Below are positions 9,697 to 22,700 of a DNA stretch of 64,000 nucleotides, piece after piece. Origin of the DNA: Balanoglossus misakiensis (lineage: Eukaryota > Animalia > Hemichordata). Made by a program: the position numbers and the translations under genes. Below the pieces are notes generated by a model. That model searched no databases and was not told the origin of the DNA. It saw only the letters and a list, made by a program, of their open reading frames with translations. Position 1 is the stretch's first letter; each line of letters opens with the position of its first letter. The stretch covers positions 12,350,894 through 12,414,893 of the forward strand of contig CM082589.2 in assembly GCA_040954595.2 (NCBI GenBank). The letters run 5' to 3'.

Positions 9697-12005
9697 TTAA
9701 AATATAGCTGCAAGCCAAAATGGTCATCTGAGGTCACCCGAAATTTGGGCAAAATTTTTTGACCCCATACTGGTCCAGGTCCATCAGAAACCAAACCTTC
9801 AGCCCTATTGGTTCGCCTGGAATTAGGTATGCACATAAATAATGAGTTAAGCAGTTGTACAGGTGACCTCAAAATTCGGCTTTTCATTTTAGTCCCATCC
9901 CTGGAAATGCTAGGCTGTACCTGCTCTGGAGGCCGAGATATGAGAAAGTAGATCACCTGAGGTCACCCAAAATATTATGGAAAAAATTGGACCCCACACT
10001 TGTCCATGTCCAACAGAAACAAAACCTCTAGCCCTATTGGTAAGCCTAGAATTAGGTATGCACATAATTAATTAGGTCAAAGGTCAAGGGGTAACAAGTA
10101 CATGTGTATGCTTCATCCCACCAAATATGAAGTCTGTCGGTCTAATAGTAACGTACTTATGAGCATTTATGTTATATATAGTTCAAAGGTCACCGAGGTC
10201 ACGAGACATTGCGGCGAAATGATTTGGTCCAATAGTTGTACCTGTCCACCAAAAATCAGCTCCCTAGGTGTATTAGTTAGCGTAGAAGTAGATATGTGTT
10301 TTTCAAGGTGGGTCAAAGGTCAAGGGGTCACCCGAAATTTGGCTTCTCATTTCGGCCCCTTGGTCAGTCCCTGTTCACTCCATAAATGGAGACGTGTTCT
10401 GCGCAACCGCAGTACGTGTAACCTCGTGAACTCAGATGTGCACATGCGTACAGCAGTCCCTGTTCACACCATAAATGGAGACGTGTTCTGCGCAACCACA
10501 GCTGGACCTGTGAAAGATTAAATCCGATCGACATATTTAGTTTCCGTATATTATATTGACCAATGCAGACTAAGTCTAATAGAATTACTACATGTAGTAT
10601 ATCGTGTATAATACACACGTTTGGCAATATTGCACTTTGAGTGTTAGATGCAGACGTGTATACCCGATCTAAATTTCCGACCTACACATGTACATGTATC
10701 ACTGTTCACATGTACATACACCGTAACTGCGTTCTGAAAATGACATGGTATTTTCAAAATGTTACCCCAGATTACCCCATCATGTGAGAGCCATGAAACT
10801 CACACCCATTGTCCAGCAGTAGTTAGTTGACTATCCTATTCACTCAAAACAAAAAGAACGGGTGTGAAAAAGTCACTAAAACAGCATTGATACAGAGGTG
10901 TATAACACTGTCCATGATTTCAAGAGAAAAACATGAACACAGCCCAGTCACTGTATGTGGCGATATCTTTCTAAGTATTTCACTCAACTTGTACAGACGA
11001 TGCCATGCTGTCTTCTGGAATGTGCTGGTAACGTCACACATCGAAACATATTGATGATGCCCTTCCCTGCGGCTCGGGCATCATCAATATTATTAAGGTC
11101 AAAGATCACCATCCCTTGTGCAGGCAAAAGATCATGATATTGCCCTCGCTAACATGTGTTATTATTTAAATACGATGTTGTCATAGCTTTACTATGCGGG
11201 TATAGTAAAGCCTATGCCTTGGTCCAGACCCCCCATGGTCAATGAAAAAATATGAAATATAATGATCAAAAATCTTCTTCTCAAAATCGGCATACCCTAA
11301 TTTGAAAATTTCGCCCTTATATGGTCATCAGGTCACTTGACTAATTTAACATTCACGGACGTACTTCACCAGATCTCATTGGCCTGCATCATTGTGCCAT
11401 ATTTGAGAATTGTAGGTTTAGCCGTTTTCAAGATCCTAGTGGCCGATGAAAGTGCCAAAGAAGAAGAAAAATGCCAGCAATACCAATAGGGACCCCGCCC
11501 ATAGAGGCTTGGGCCCCTAATAAGTTAGTTGTAAAGTTATTACTCAGCTTGAATTTCACTAGCGACTAAAAGTAAACAAAAAACTGATGGTCAAAGTATC
11601 ACAAGCTTTATTTTGGTTTGATGTAGGATGTAATATGCTTATAGCACACTGCCAAATTAATGCCAACCAATAAGACCGGTAGGATATGATCGAAAACCAC
11701 ACGTATTAATGTGTAAAAGGCCGAACTTCCCAATAAATTTGGGTAGCCGACTACAGACAGAGTCGAACCGATGCATGATCTGAAGTATCAAGACACATGG
11801 ACTATTATTTATTGTTTCAACAATTTGACTAAAGTTTATAATTTCCTATGACAGTTTTTGCCGACAAGAACCAATGCCCGACCAAACAAAATGGACATTT
11901 TCACATGATCTTTACTGAGGTCACAAGTTAGCCAAGCCCTCATACACGCGCTATTCGGACGTATCGGTGATCTGTTTATGTGTTTAGCTAAGGTGGTAAA
12001 CTGTT

Positions 12006-12866
12006 CATCAATCAATCAATCAATCAAAAGGACTTATAGAGCACCAAACTCCACTGCAATAGTGTTCAATAGCGCTTTACAATGTAAAGTTACTGTAAAT
12101 AGGCTCTGTTAAACAGATAAGTCTTGATGTGTTTCTTGAAACTGTCAAGGCTAGGTGACTAGCATACTTCTATTGGGACACTGTTCCAAATGAGTGGGAC
12201 GATATACGAAAAAGCACGATCGCCGTACGTTTTCTTCTTACTCCATGGTACATGAAGTAGAAATTTGTCATTTGAACGAAGAAGTCTTGTTGAAGTTTTC
12301 AGATGGATTAAGTCAGAGATGTAAGCTGGTGCTGTGTTGTTTAATGCCTTATATGTCATAAGCAAGATCTTGTATTGGATTCTATAGTGTACAGGCAACC
12401 AATGTAAATCCATGAGAACAGGAGTAATATGATCCGTTTTACGGGTACGAGAAACGATCCTGGCTGCAGAATTCAGGGCATGCTGTAGCATGCATGATGA
12501 TGGTAAACCACAGATTAGTGCATTACAGTAGTTCAGTTTTGATGTGATTAGAGCATGAACCAGCATCTGGCAAACTTCCTTAGTGAGGTAACGGCGAATG
12601 TGGCTGATTTGACGCAGATGGAAGAAAATTGACTTGCAAATTGCATTAATGTGCTTATTGAAAGTGTAATTGTCGTCGAATGTCACACCTATATTCCGTG
12701 CAGAATTCACAATTTGAACACAACATGATCCAATGCTCATGTGGTTTATGGGACGAGGCGAGCGGTTGAACTGAGACCTTATCAGGAGTACCTCGGTTTT
12801 GCCACCATTGAGTTGAAGTTTATTATGTGTCATCCAGGTTTTTATTTCGTGAACTGCACTTTCCAG
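12006..12866 (-). mobile_element. L2/Crack-like LINE, 3' part of ORF2 with (TTGA)n tail
   Basis: ORF 12159..12833 (LQLNGGKTEVL…HITPVLMDLHWLPV…WNSVP). Tail tcaatcaatcaatcaatc at ~12008-12027. Confidence 0.9.
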
Positions 12867-13149
12867 TTAAATATCGCAACTAGCCATAATGTTTGACTGG
12901 GGGGAGCACCTATACTAATGCGAGAACCAGGGATTGAAAGTTGCACCTGTGTTTTGATCCCTTAGTTACCCTTATAAGTACATTTGTAGTTTAATAACCA
13001 TAGTTCTATTGCAAACCATTCTTTCCGTAGTTTCTTGTTTCAAATATTGTAATCTGAATTTATTTTGGTGTTTAACAGGTGTGATTATCTGTATTGGCGG
13101 CCATTTTGAAAAAAAATGGTTGACATGGAAACTCTTCAACAGATATTTA

Positions 13150-13576
13150 TAGTCTCGGTTACCCAGAGCCCTCTGCTTCTTCCGTTAGGCACTCCAGAAA
13201 GAGGGTCTGGGGAAACCCGGTAGACAAATCGCCGGGCGGAATCGGGACAGCTGCGATGCATGACGGGAGCTTAATATTCCAAAATGGCGACGTCCTGCGC
13301 GCGAACCTCACGGCCGACATGTATGTCATATGATAAAGAAAACATGCTGAGTAGTGCTAGACCTGCTAAAACTGTCTACAAATTGAAAAGAGAGAGAGAA
13401 GTTTGGTTAATAGTTTTCTAATATCGTCATATCATAATATCGTACCGAATATTAAGCTCCCGTCATGCATCGCAGCTGTCCCGATTCCGCCCGGCGATTT
13501 GTCTACCGGGTTTCCCCAGACCCTCTTTCTGGAGTGCCTAACGGAAGAAGCAGAGGGCTCTGGGTAACCGAGACTA
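13150..13576. mobile_element. Academ(H)-like MITE with 130-bp perfect TIRs and 10-bp TSD
   Basis: TIRs 13150-13279 and 13447-13576 are exact reverse complements with TAG…CTA termini. TSD cagatattta at 13140-13149 and 13577-13586. Empty site at ~31834 in U3. Confidence 0.85.
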
Positions 13577-13719
13577 CAGATATTTAGTGACTCGCTATCT
13601 GAATTCGTTCAGTACACATTAACACACATCTGAGCCAAGTTTGGTGCTTTGATCACAAAATACACAATCGATATGAAAATTTGGGTTTTGGTGCTCCACT
13701 ACATATTAAGTAACATTAA

Positions 13720-14132
13720 GGATGTACGTTCAGTAAAATTGAAAGTATTGTCATTTTTTTTAATTGTGGATTTTTTTATTCTCCTTTGTATGTATAATGA
13801 AAATCCGTAATAAAATATAGGGGTCACCGGGCTTGTTTTTGAAATACAGAGCCATGAATTTGGTCGATAATAGAAGAAATCTGCTGACTCAGCATTTTTC
13901 ACCAATGGTTTGTCTATGGGCAAAATTCTTAACGCAATTTATCTCAAAAAAGAGCGCGGTGACCCCTATATTTTATTTGACCAATGAATTTATATTTGCT
14001 GGACTGAGCTATGTGTAAAATTTCGTGAAAATGACAATAGTAGAAGTTTGCTTTCTGGCGATTATCAATGTAATCCTATGGGAAAAAGACCGGGCGCGCA
14101 GTGTTTCCAGTTTATGTTCTGCGCGTACATCC
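13720..14132. mobile_element. TTAA-targeting (Kolobok-like) MITE, shared by U2 and U3 (31974-32390)
   Basis: ttaa|ggatgtacg…cgtacatcc|ttga. Internal inverted repeat taaaatataggggtcaccg / cggtgacccctatatttta. Confidence 0.65.
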
Positions 14133-14198
14133 TTGATGAAGTTTGCTGGCTAAAGGGCTCTTAAACCTCCCTAATATTTGACGTCTTTACTCCTACAG

Positions 14199-15415
14199 GA
14201 CTGCGCAGTTGGAAGTTACCGTTCAGCATGTTCTGAAGCATGCACGCTGTGTCCAAGGGTTTCATGTGTGGAACAGCCAGCCTCTCATCACCAACACAAT
14301 GCGGACAGGGATATTTTGCCAACAATGGAAGTATAGACTGTACGCCTTGTCCTGCCCTGGGTATAAGTGCCAATATGATGGTATGTCGGAGCCAGAGGTG
14401 TGTGAAGATGGATACTACACTAATATAAATGGTGAGTCCGCACTTAAAGTTTGGGCATTACTGTGTAATCTTCCACTTAGGCGGACGATCATCTTATGTG
14501 CATGTGCCTAATTCTGTGCGTACAAACATTATGTCCAGTCCAAATATTCTGCCAATTTTACATCCAATGCATTCAAATAGTGGACTGCTTCGCTTTCATC
14601 CAGTTTTCATGTGCATCGTATAAGTAGACTTTTGTTTTGTCCCGTCTTTTCACCGAATTTGCTTTTTTCCAAATCTCCGACACAGACTATGATCGTCACA
14701 TTCTTGTCTGTTGTTAGAACAGCACACTGCCATATGGCATTGACTGTATACAGTTTCTGTTACGAATATCTCTGGTTTGGCATTTTCCTGTCCTCAATCT
14801 TTTGCCAGGGATTTATGTCTCCCCAACCCGCGTGAGAATCCCACGTCTTTGAAGGTATGACTGTGACTATAAGATTCTATAAATCTCTGTTTATTTTCAG
14901 CACAAACATCATGTGCTGATTGCCCAGCTGGTAACCATTGTCCAAATGGTAACACTGTGATTTTATGCTCGGCTGGTTATTACAGTTCGGCCTTGGACAA
15001 AGGATGTCTCGCTGTACCTCTTGCATAACAGGTAAACTTCTACCCACCCACCTTTATTTCCAACATCAAATTTGAATAGACCTCTATTTATGAAAATAAT
15101 TAAAATGTGCGCCAATTTTTTACAGTGGTATTCAAAGGTTAACTTGGTGTGTAAATTCTTTGTTTGATTTACAGATCAGCCGGTGCTGAACAGTGTACTA
15201 TTTGTGAGCAAGGGTACGCCTGCACAGATCCCAGTGCATCGCAATTCAAGTGTACTAAGGGTTACGTGTCATTGGCTGGTGCAACAAACTGTACCAGATG
15301 TACAAATGGTAAGATTGTGGTACTTGTTCAGTTTGCTGTGTGATGAAACTGAGGGGTATGTGTGTATGCATGTATGTGTTTACAACAGATTTTCAAGTCA
15401 GTGCGACTGGGGTTA

Positions 15416-15447
<32 letters not shown>

Positions 15448-16211
15448 TACAACAGATTATCAACTCAGTGCGAGATCTTGCGAGACCCGGTTAGCCATGT
15501 GAGATCTCGCAGAGTCTTATGATATTCAGAAAATGGTTGATTAGAAATGACGTTTAATGTCCTCCAAAGAATTTTCTACATGCCTGTATACTTGTCTCAG
15601 AATTATGAAGTGAATCATCTCAAGTAATTTGTTATTTTAAATGACACTGTATCACAAATACTTCACTAAAAACCTCATTTTCTTTAATCAGATGAAATAA
15701 GTGAGGAGCCTGCACGCACATCCCGTCTTCTGTGCCCTGCTGGACAATCGTGTTCAGATTCAATGTAAGATCCGCTTGACTGTGGCAATGGTGAATATGC
15801 TATGGAAGGCGACGGCACATGCACGCCTTGTCCAGCAGGATCCAAGTGTCCAACCATGTCACCCGTAGTTGATTGTTCAACAGTTACTGGTAAGTTGGGC
15901 TGCAAATCACTCTTGTGACTTCCCTGTGTTATAGCTTGACATACACAGAAAATTAAACTGTTATGCTCATTGGAGTTGATATTGTGATGCACTTTGAAAA
16001 ACACAATGATTCCACTGAAGAGGTATAGTACAGTAACACCTGTGATTACGGACATCTCTCTAATAAGGGATCGTTGGACCAAACCAATCGTTCTTTGAAT
16101 TTTTTCTGTGATAGGTTCATACTCGCTAGGTTCGGCCACGTCCTTCTGGTTATGAATGCATAACTACAAGTGTCACACAGTGCGCTACAGGGCAGTAAAG
16201 TGTTGAAGGAG
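14199..16211 (+). pseudogene. Five decayed exons of a Cys-rich GCC2/GCC3 (ephrin-receptor-like) repeat protein
   Basis: AG/GT exons at 14199-14431, 14901-15031, 15175-15308, 15692-15889 and 16115-16211. They encode motifs such as CADCPAGNHCPNG, CTICEQGYACTD and CTPCPAGSKCP, with frameshifts and in-frame TAA stops. Confidence 0.75.
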
Positions 16212-16323
16212 GTAAGTCTTGAAATCTCTTTTCTTCTGGTCTCGATTTGAACATGGTTCCACAAGTTGTTTACATCACTTGTAGTTTTACATATTTTTTG
16301 AGTTCAACAGCTATGCTATACAT

Positions 16324-16980
16324 GGTGTCCTGAGAAGTCGACCAGTATGAGAAGTCGGTATCGGCCAGTACGAGAAGTCGGCCTGTGGGAGAGAACCCTG
16401 GTACTTTGTGTTATATATAACTGTTTCACTACGAAATGTTTCCTTGATGTACAGGAGCTGAGATATTTGTACAAATAGCCGATGAATTTTAAAACTGTCT
16501 GTTCACTTTGCATGTACGTCACCGGGGTACGTCAACATCAGTCACCTGCACTTCTTGCGCTGCGCCAGTAGTCTGTTCCTCGTCACGTTTGTTTGTTTGG
16601 TTTTGTCTCAAAGTATGAATATACACATACACCTTCTATGTATTTTAGTAGGCTTTGAAACAACTCCCTTTAATCAGAAATGTCACAGGAATTTGGCGAA
16701 CAACCTAAGCTCCTTACGCGGATACGGGGCTGGCGAACCGGTACGGATGCCAGACGCCATTATTTGAAATGACGCCATTGTGTTGTCAAGAATTTGGGAA
16801 ATCCGTCCAAATGAAAATATTTAGTGCAATTATATTTTATTAAGTGTTGTTATATGTAATCTGGGTCATCACTGCACTATTCGGGTACAAGTTCAACAAC
16901 TGGCCGACTTCTCGTACTGGCCGACTTCTCATACGCGCGTACTGGCCGACTTCTAATCTGGCCGACTTCTCAAGTATTCC
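16324..16980. mobile_element. Foldback-type MITE with subterminal ~17-bp tandem repeats (copy at 35207-35873)
   Basis: (tgagaagtcggccagta)n on the left and its reverse complement on the right. GG…CC termini and a 7-8-bp TSD (c)tatacat. Confidence 0.7.
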
Positions 16981-17787
16981 TATACATTAGTGAAAATTGG
17001 GGAAACTGGTGTTTTCAGACAACTTATGAAGTCCCTTTCGCAATATTAACTCTAAAACAGCGGGTGATTTCCTTTTAAAATTTAACCAAATAAGCATACT
17101 TGGGGTCAACCATCTAGAGTTTTGAAAAAGTGCCCTTTATCTAGCACCTCTGTCAGATTTTGCCAGGCTCGTAGATTTTTGTAAAATGGCCTCAAAAATA
17201 AGAATTTTGGGAGGTTTGTCATATTTTTTCACCATTGTAGAATCTAAATGTTCTGAATTATTTTATTTTTAGCAATTTTGAGATTGATTCATGTTCGGTA
17301 TGATAATCGCATGTCAATACAACTGTTACATTAAAGGAAAAGTTCAAATCCGCCTAAAACCACATTGCATTGGTACCTAGTTAAGTTGTCCTCACTTTTG
17401 ACGCAAAATTTTGATGTGCAATGCACGTGTCTGTGAAATTGACGAATAAAAAAATTGTATACCAGTGCAAAATTAAAAACTCCCTGTGCAGCCTTCTTGG
17501 CAACTGCATGCTGGGAAAAGTACTCGGATGATGACAAAAAAGTTTCGGGGTTCCGTGTAGTGCTACCCCGGAATACAATGTTGGGTGCAGACTACAACTT
17601 TGGAAAAGAGATGCAGAATGTCATGTGATATAGTAGTGAAAACAAATACACGTTGGTTCACGTATTTCAGCTCTCAGCAATCAGGGTGCATTGAAAAGCC
17701 TTGATTGGTGTGATATTCACAATTGATGATTATAAATACTTACAGTTGTATACTGTTTTATTTTGTAAATATTGTGTACATTTGCAG

Positions 17788-17917
17788 CAATGAATCCGTG
17801 CGAACACAAACCTTAACCCATGCCGGAATGCTGGTACTTGCCAAGCAATCCAGGGATCTTGGACAGGCGTCACATGTCAATGTGCTGGCTGCTACCTGGG
17901 CTTCACATGTGAAACAC
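17788..17917 (+). pseudogene. EGF-like exon E12 (U2 only), frameshifted
   Basis: tgcag|CA ATG AAT CCG TGC…NPCRNAGTCQAIQGSWTGVTCQCAGCYLGFTCET|gtgagt; 130 nt (123+7). Confidence 0.8.
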
Positions 17918-18142
17918 GTGAGTACAGTACTTTGTCATTTATTAAAAAATCTAAGTGCTGAGGTACATTGTAGTAATAATAGCAGGTGTAGTCATTATCA
18001 TCATCATCTTTAAGTCAGTCAGTATGATCGGTAATAAAAACAGTAAAATCACCAGTATAAAAATATAACAGAGAAATAATGAACGTGTACTGGTGTTACC
18101 ATAGGTAAGTGTTGTATAAAATTTTGAATTCCTGTCTTCCAG

Positions 18143-18265
18143 TTCCTAATCCATGCTTCACTAGTCCTTGTCTCAATGGAGGTACCTGCCAACAACAGGC
18201 AAATTCTTGTACTGCCACCATTGGCATGTGCACAGAGTGTTACTAGGGAACCAGGTGTGAGACAA
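18143..18265 (+). pseudogene. EGF-like exon E13, stop codon
   Basis: PNPCFTSPCLNGGTCQQQANSCTATIGMCTECY*GTRCET. TAG at 18244-18246, also present in the U3 remnant 35923-36025. Confidence 0.85.
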
Positions 18266-18358
18266 GTAAGTTTGAATCTATAGCAGTTAATAATGATAAT
18301 TATCATTTTTTATTATGATTTAAACTTCACTGATGTTGTACAAACACAAAAATAGAAA

Positions 18359-18812
18359 TATTAATAATAATAATAATTTATTTGTATAGCGTCAGTATCC
18401 ACAAAAAATGTGATCAATGACGCTTAAAGCAAAAGTACAATACAACAAATGGCTAAAAAACAGATTTAAAAAGTAAAGTTTTAACATTTGATTTAAAAAC
18501 AGATAAGTCTGGTGCCTGGCGAATGGTGAGTGGAAGATTATTCCAAAGAATTGGAGCAGCAACAGTAAAAGCACGATCACCATAACTCTTGGTGCGTGAT
18601 CGAACAGGGCAGAGTTTGTACTGATCAGCTGACCTTAAATTGCGACACGGAACATATAGATTAGTCATGCTAGAAAGATAGATTGGACCAAGTTTATGAA
18701 TGGATTTAAAAATGAGAACTAACATCTTAAAAACAATACGCTCTGTAACAGGTAGCCAGTGCAACTGATACAAAATTGGAGTGATGTGACAGGTGATTGA
18801 ACGAGTAACAAT
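18359..18812 (-). mobile_element. 5'-truncated L2-like LINE insertion (U2 only)
   Basis: ORF YQLHWLPVTERIVFK…WNNLP, (ATT)n tail, TSD tagaaa (18353-18358 and 18813-18818), empty site at ~36114. Confidence 0.85.
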
Positions 18813-19042
18813 TAGAAAGGGACAGCAGCTTAGCTCTATTCCGTTTCCAAAGTGTTTGTTCTTTTAAACTACCTGTGCATTTTTTTTATTTATTCTGATT
18901 ATGCTAATATGCTAATTTCTTGGTTTGTCACATCACAATTTTTGTAGGAAACTCACCCCTGGGAATTTTTTTCAGCCACTTACATACATTCATAATCACA
19001 TGACATTGATGATCATGGAAAATTTGACCCTTTTCCTTGTAG

Positions 19043-19165
19043 GACTCAACCAGTGTCCACCAAATCCGTGCCAGAATGGTGGCTTCTGTCAACCGGCTCG
19101 AAATTCCTGCTTTGATCTCACCTGCATATGTACTGGTTGCTACAAAGGTGATAGGTGTGAGATAT
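19043..19165 (+). pseudogene. EGF-like exon E14 (LNQCPPNPCQNGGFCQPARNSCFDLTCICTGCYKGDRCEI)
   Basis: tgtag|GA…ATAT|gtaagt, 123 nt, 8 Cys, open frame. Copy at 36325-36447. Confidence 0.85.
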
Positions 19166-19719
19166 GTAAGTATACAGCGCAGTCTCTTTTACCTTTTGTC
19201 TCTGATGCATTCAAATACTGCATGTTTCCTGAACATAGGTGTAGCCATCACCACAGCAGAGCTTGGAGCGTTCTTGACATCGAATGCAAGATTACACTCT
19301 TCCCAATCAAAATCACTTTCGTAGCGCATAATGTCTTGATTGTCTTAGTTCAAGAAACATTATGCGCGACTGGCCAATTTTACTGCCTTTTGTCAACACA
19401 CATCCACTATGGAAATTCTCACTCCAGGCCAGATAGTGTAAATTTGCATATGAGTCTACAGGTATGCCTGAAGTCAAGTCAAGCATTTGCAAGGAACCCT
19501 CCTCCAGTACACAGGTCTTTGATTTCATGAAGGGAAGCCCTTGCCTTACAGTCACTGCCACATGATCTATGGAGGTGTGAACAACTTGATACCAGCCTAA
19601 TATAAGTTGTAGGCACAATCACTCCACACACCCTTGCCATAATTCTGCAAGGTTTTTGCCATATCTGTACTGTAGAATGAGTAGCATAGAATAAAATGGC
19701 GTCCTTTCTTAATTTCCAG

Positions 19720-22700
19720 TGCAAAACCCCTGTGATCCCAACCCATGTATGAATGGTGGATTTTGCCAGCAAACATCGTGCAATTTCTATTCATGCCAGT
19801 GTGTGAACTCTTACACAGGTGACATCTGTCAAACCATAGACCCTAGAGAAAGAAGGACGAGCAACTGCGGCAAAGATCAAAGGGTTTGGGGATTATCTGT
19901 ATGATGATGTTCTTTTGCATATAATTAACACCCAGGACAGTTGGACAATGACTTCCTTACTTCGGCACATGTCGACCCCACCAGTGATGTGAAAACTTGC
20001 CACCAAACTGGCACTCCTGCATTTCAGCAGCCACTGCGTTTTTTTCTAAAATTCTAAAAGTATTACGATGTCTGTGCTAATTATTATGGTTTGGTGTTCG
20101 TCTGTCGGTTGAACGGTCATTTCTAGTGCCACAAGCTTCATTTAAAAATTGTAAACAAATCATCCATGTTTTTTGCATGTCCGACTGGGCACTCATATTT
20201 CTTGGTAACGCTGACACTTTTCGTAATAATTTTATGTTTGCGTGAAGCATTGAAACAAAAATTGTGGTTTAGGGGCATTTTATTTCGCAGTGCGTTAACA
20301 ATAAAACAGATTTCACGAAAACAATTTGTAAACAAACTGGCTGGATTTTCATGTGTGCGCTATGCAAATACCCACATGGTAAATTAAAACTGTTACAGGT
20401 GTATTTGATTTCCACATATGGATTACATGTGTGATAATATTGGGTGCTGGCAGTTTCAGTAAATGAACTGCTCTTAAAAGTTGGGCGTCAGGGCACCCTT
20501 GACTTTGCCTGTTCCAAGCTAGAATGGTCTGTCCATATGAATATTTCTTCAGCAAGTTACAAGCAATCTTTTTAGTTTTGAATTAAAAAATAGTGAAATG
20601 ACTTGTGATGTTAATATGCAATTTTTGGTTGATTTACATGCATCTCCAGGACTCGGTCAATGTTCTCCCAATCTGTGCATGAACAACGGTATCTGTGAGC
20701 CAATCAGTAGATCGTGCAGTGCGTTTACCTGTCGCTGTCAAGGCTGTTTCATTGGAATCACCTGTGACCAAGGTAAATTTATCAGACGAGGATCTGTTTA
20801 TCCCCCATCATACCGGTATATTTGTCATAGCTGGCAGCTATGAAATTACCTGTATATTTAGGATGTGACAAACCAAATAGGCACTTTCAGGAATTGAGTC
20901 TTTTTTCAATTACCAAAGTCCTAAACTCCCAAAAGTATAATAAGTAATTCTTATTGTTCAGTTATACATTTAGGAGGCTCAGTTATAGGAGAACCCGATA
21001 GAACCACAGCTGTAGGAATTAGGGAAATGGTCATACCCTAAAAACTTATGTCACTACTATTTTTTTTTAATGCCATTGAAACAGAACAAACTCCATGTAG
21101 GCCAAGTCCATGCCTGAACAATGGGCGGTGTACTCAGCTGTCGTGTACAACTTATGAGTGTACTTGTCCAGGATGTTTCATCGGCACACACTGCAGCCAG
21201 TGTAAAACTCATTAAAACAAACATTTGTCATGCAGGAACTAACATTTACAATCATGTCTCAATACATTGTCTGTTGGTCATACTTTATATTTTCATCTTC
21301 AGCATCACACCTTGGGCCTTGGGAATCGGTCACTTCAAAAATGATGTACAGCTGAAAGAAAACATGTTTATTTGAAGAAAAAAATGTTGATCGTTAATGA
21401 AAATTTTCCCTACACAAGATACATATACAGAGATTTTCATAGCCCCACAAGTGCGTCCCAGAATGCGCAAGTTGTTTTTGGAAGTGAAGTTCCGTTCAGT
21501 ATTTACAGTAATGGTAAAGATGATGTTTTTATCAAACAGATTTTGAAAGTAAATATTGCTGAGATAACATTAGGTTGCACTTTTTATTGCAGTCCAAGAT
21601 CCATGCCAGCGAAACAGCTGTCTCAACGGGGCTGTATGTAATGCAGTGGCCAACTCCTGCACGGCATATACCTGTGCCTGTACTGGTTGCTATGAGGGTA
21701 ACCGTTGTGAAATATGTAAGTTTCTGACGTACCGTAAATGACAATCTTTTGGGCACTTTCTCTTCATGGCAATTGAATTGTGTGGTAACTTCTCATTTCT
21801 AAAATTTCCCCAAGAGAAAAGAAAGGAAAAGGAAACAGAAATTTCATTTGTATGTCCGTGCAATTTAGGATAGGCACGAACTTGTGAGGAAGTGTACGAA
21901 GCTGGATGTTTTCATCACTCAAATATACAAGAGTTGCCTCTTAAAGACTAGTGTCTGTAGAGATAATTGTGCATGTGAGGTAATCTCTCCTAAGGTGGTG
22001 CACACCTCTGAGTATTAAGTAAAAGAGACGTCCTTAATTATCCTTACTATTTGGCTTGAAAAATCAATCTTACTAGGTGTTCTGATTAGAGAGGTGTCCA
22101 TAAAGACAGGTTTTACTGTATTACCCAAAATAGAGACATTGTCCCTTCATCATATACTTAATGCGTGTTCTGGGTATGGTTCCAGTATAATGCTTGTGTC
22201 ATAGGATTTTGTTGTGGTGCAGGAATCATCTTTGGTTGAGGTGTAGCCATCTGCATTTCATGTGTTTTAAACTATTTTTTTTCTGATTGTCATTAACCCA
22301 TGTGATCAGAATCCGTGTCAAAATGGAGGCTATTGTTCCAAAACACCAAATTCTTATACTGACTACACCTGTTACTGCCAGTAGTGTTGGACTGGGGCCA
22401 TCTGTGCCGTATGTGTGTCGAATTACTGTTTTATGACACAGCGTGGTATATAAACCCTCATTTTTGGTATTCTCAATGTGATAGATGGACCCATACACCA
22501 ATAAATGGGGTGGAAGCATTACTAAGTTTCATCCTTTCAAAATTTGCTGATGTAGGGTCAAAATTGAGTGTGAGGTGCATGTTAAAAAGGAAAGCCTTCT
22601 GTATCATGTTGATGGCACATTTTTTTAATTTTTCAAGATTCTTACAGAAAAATCCTAGCAATAGCATCATTATGTTAATATTTTAAATGTAAAGGTTTGA

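Noticed and set aside
10367-10498. ~42-bp direct repeat (gtccctgttcac…ctgcgcaacc, period ~89 bp)
   Set aside because: There are only two copies, within TE debris, with no evidence of function.
16330-16975. Short repeats resembling a CRISPR array
   Set aside because: The repeats are adjacent without unique spacers and are inverted at the two ends, so they are subterminal repeats of a MITE. The context is eukaryotic.
113-19165. Naming the gene Notch, fibropellin or crumbs
   Set aside because: No signal peptide, CUB, avidin, LNR, laminin-G or transmembrane exon is visible, the calcium-binding consensus is absent and the Cys pattern differs, so no symbol is assigned.
18925-19530. 201-aa ORF (and 36282..36812) as a complete gene
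   Set aside because: Only the 123-nt EGF exon inside it is coding-like; the rest is intron read-through.
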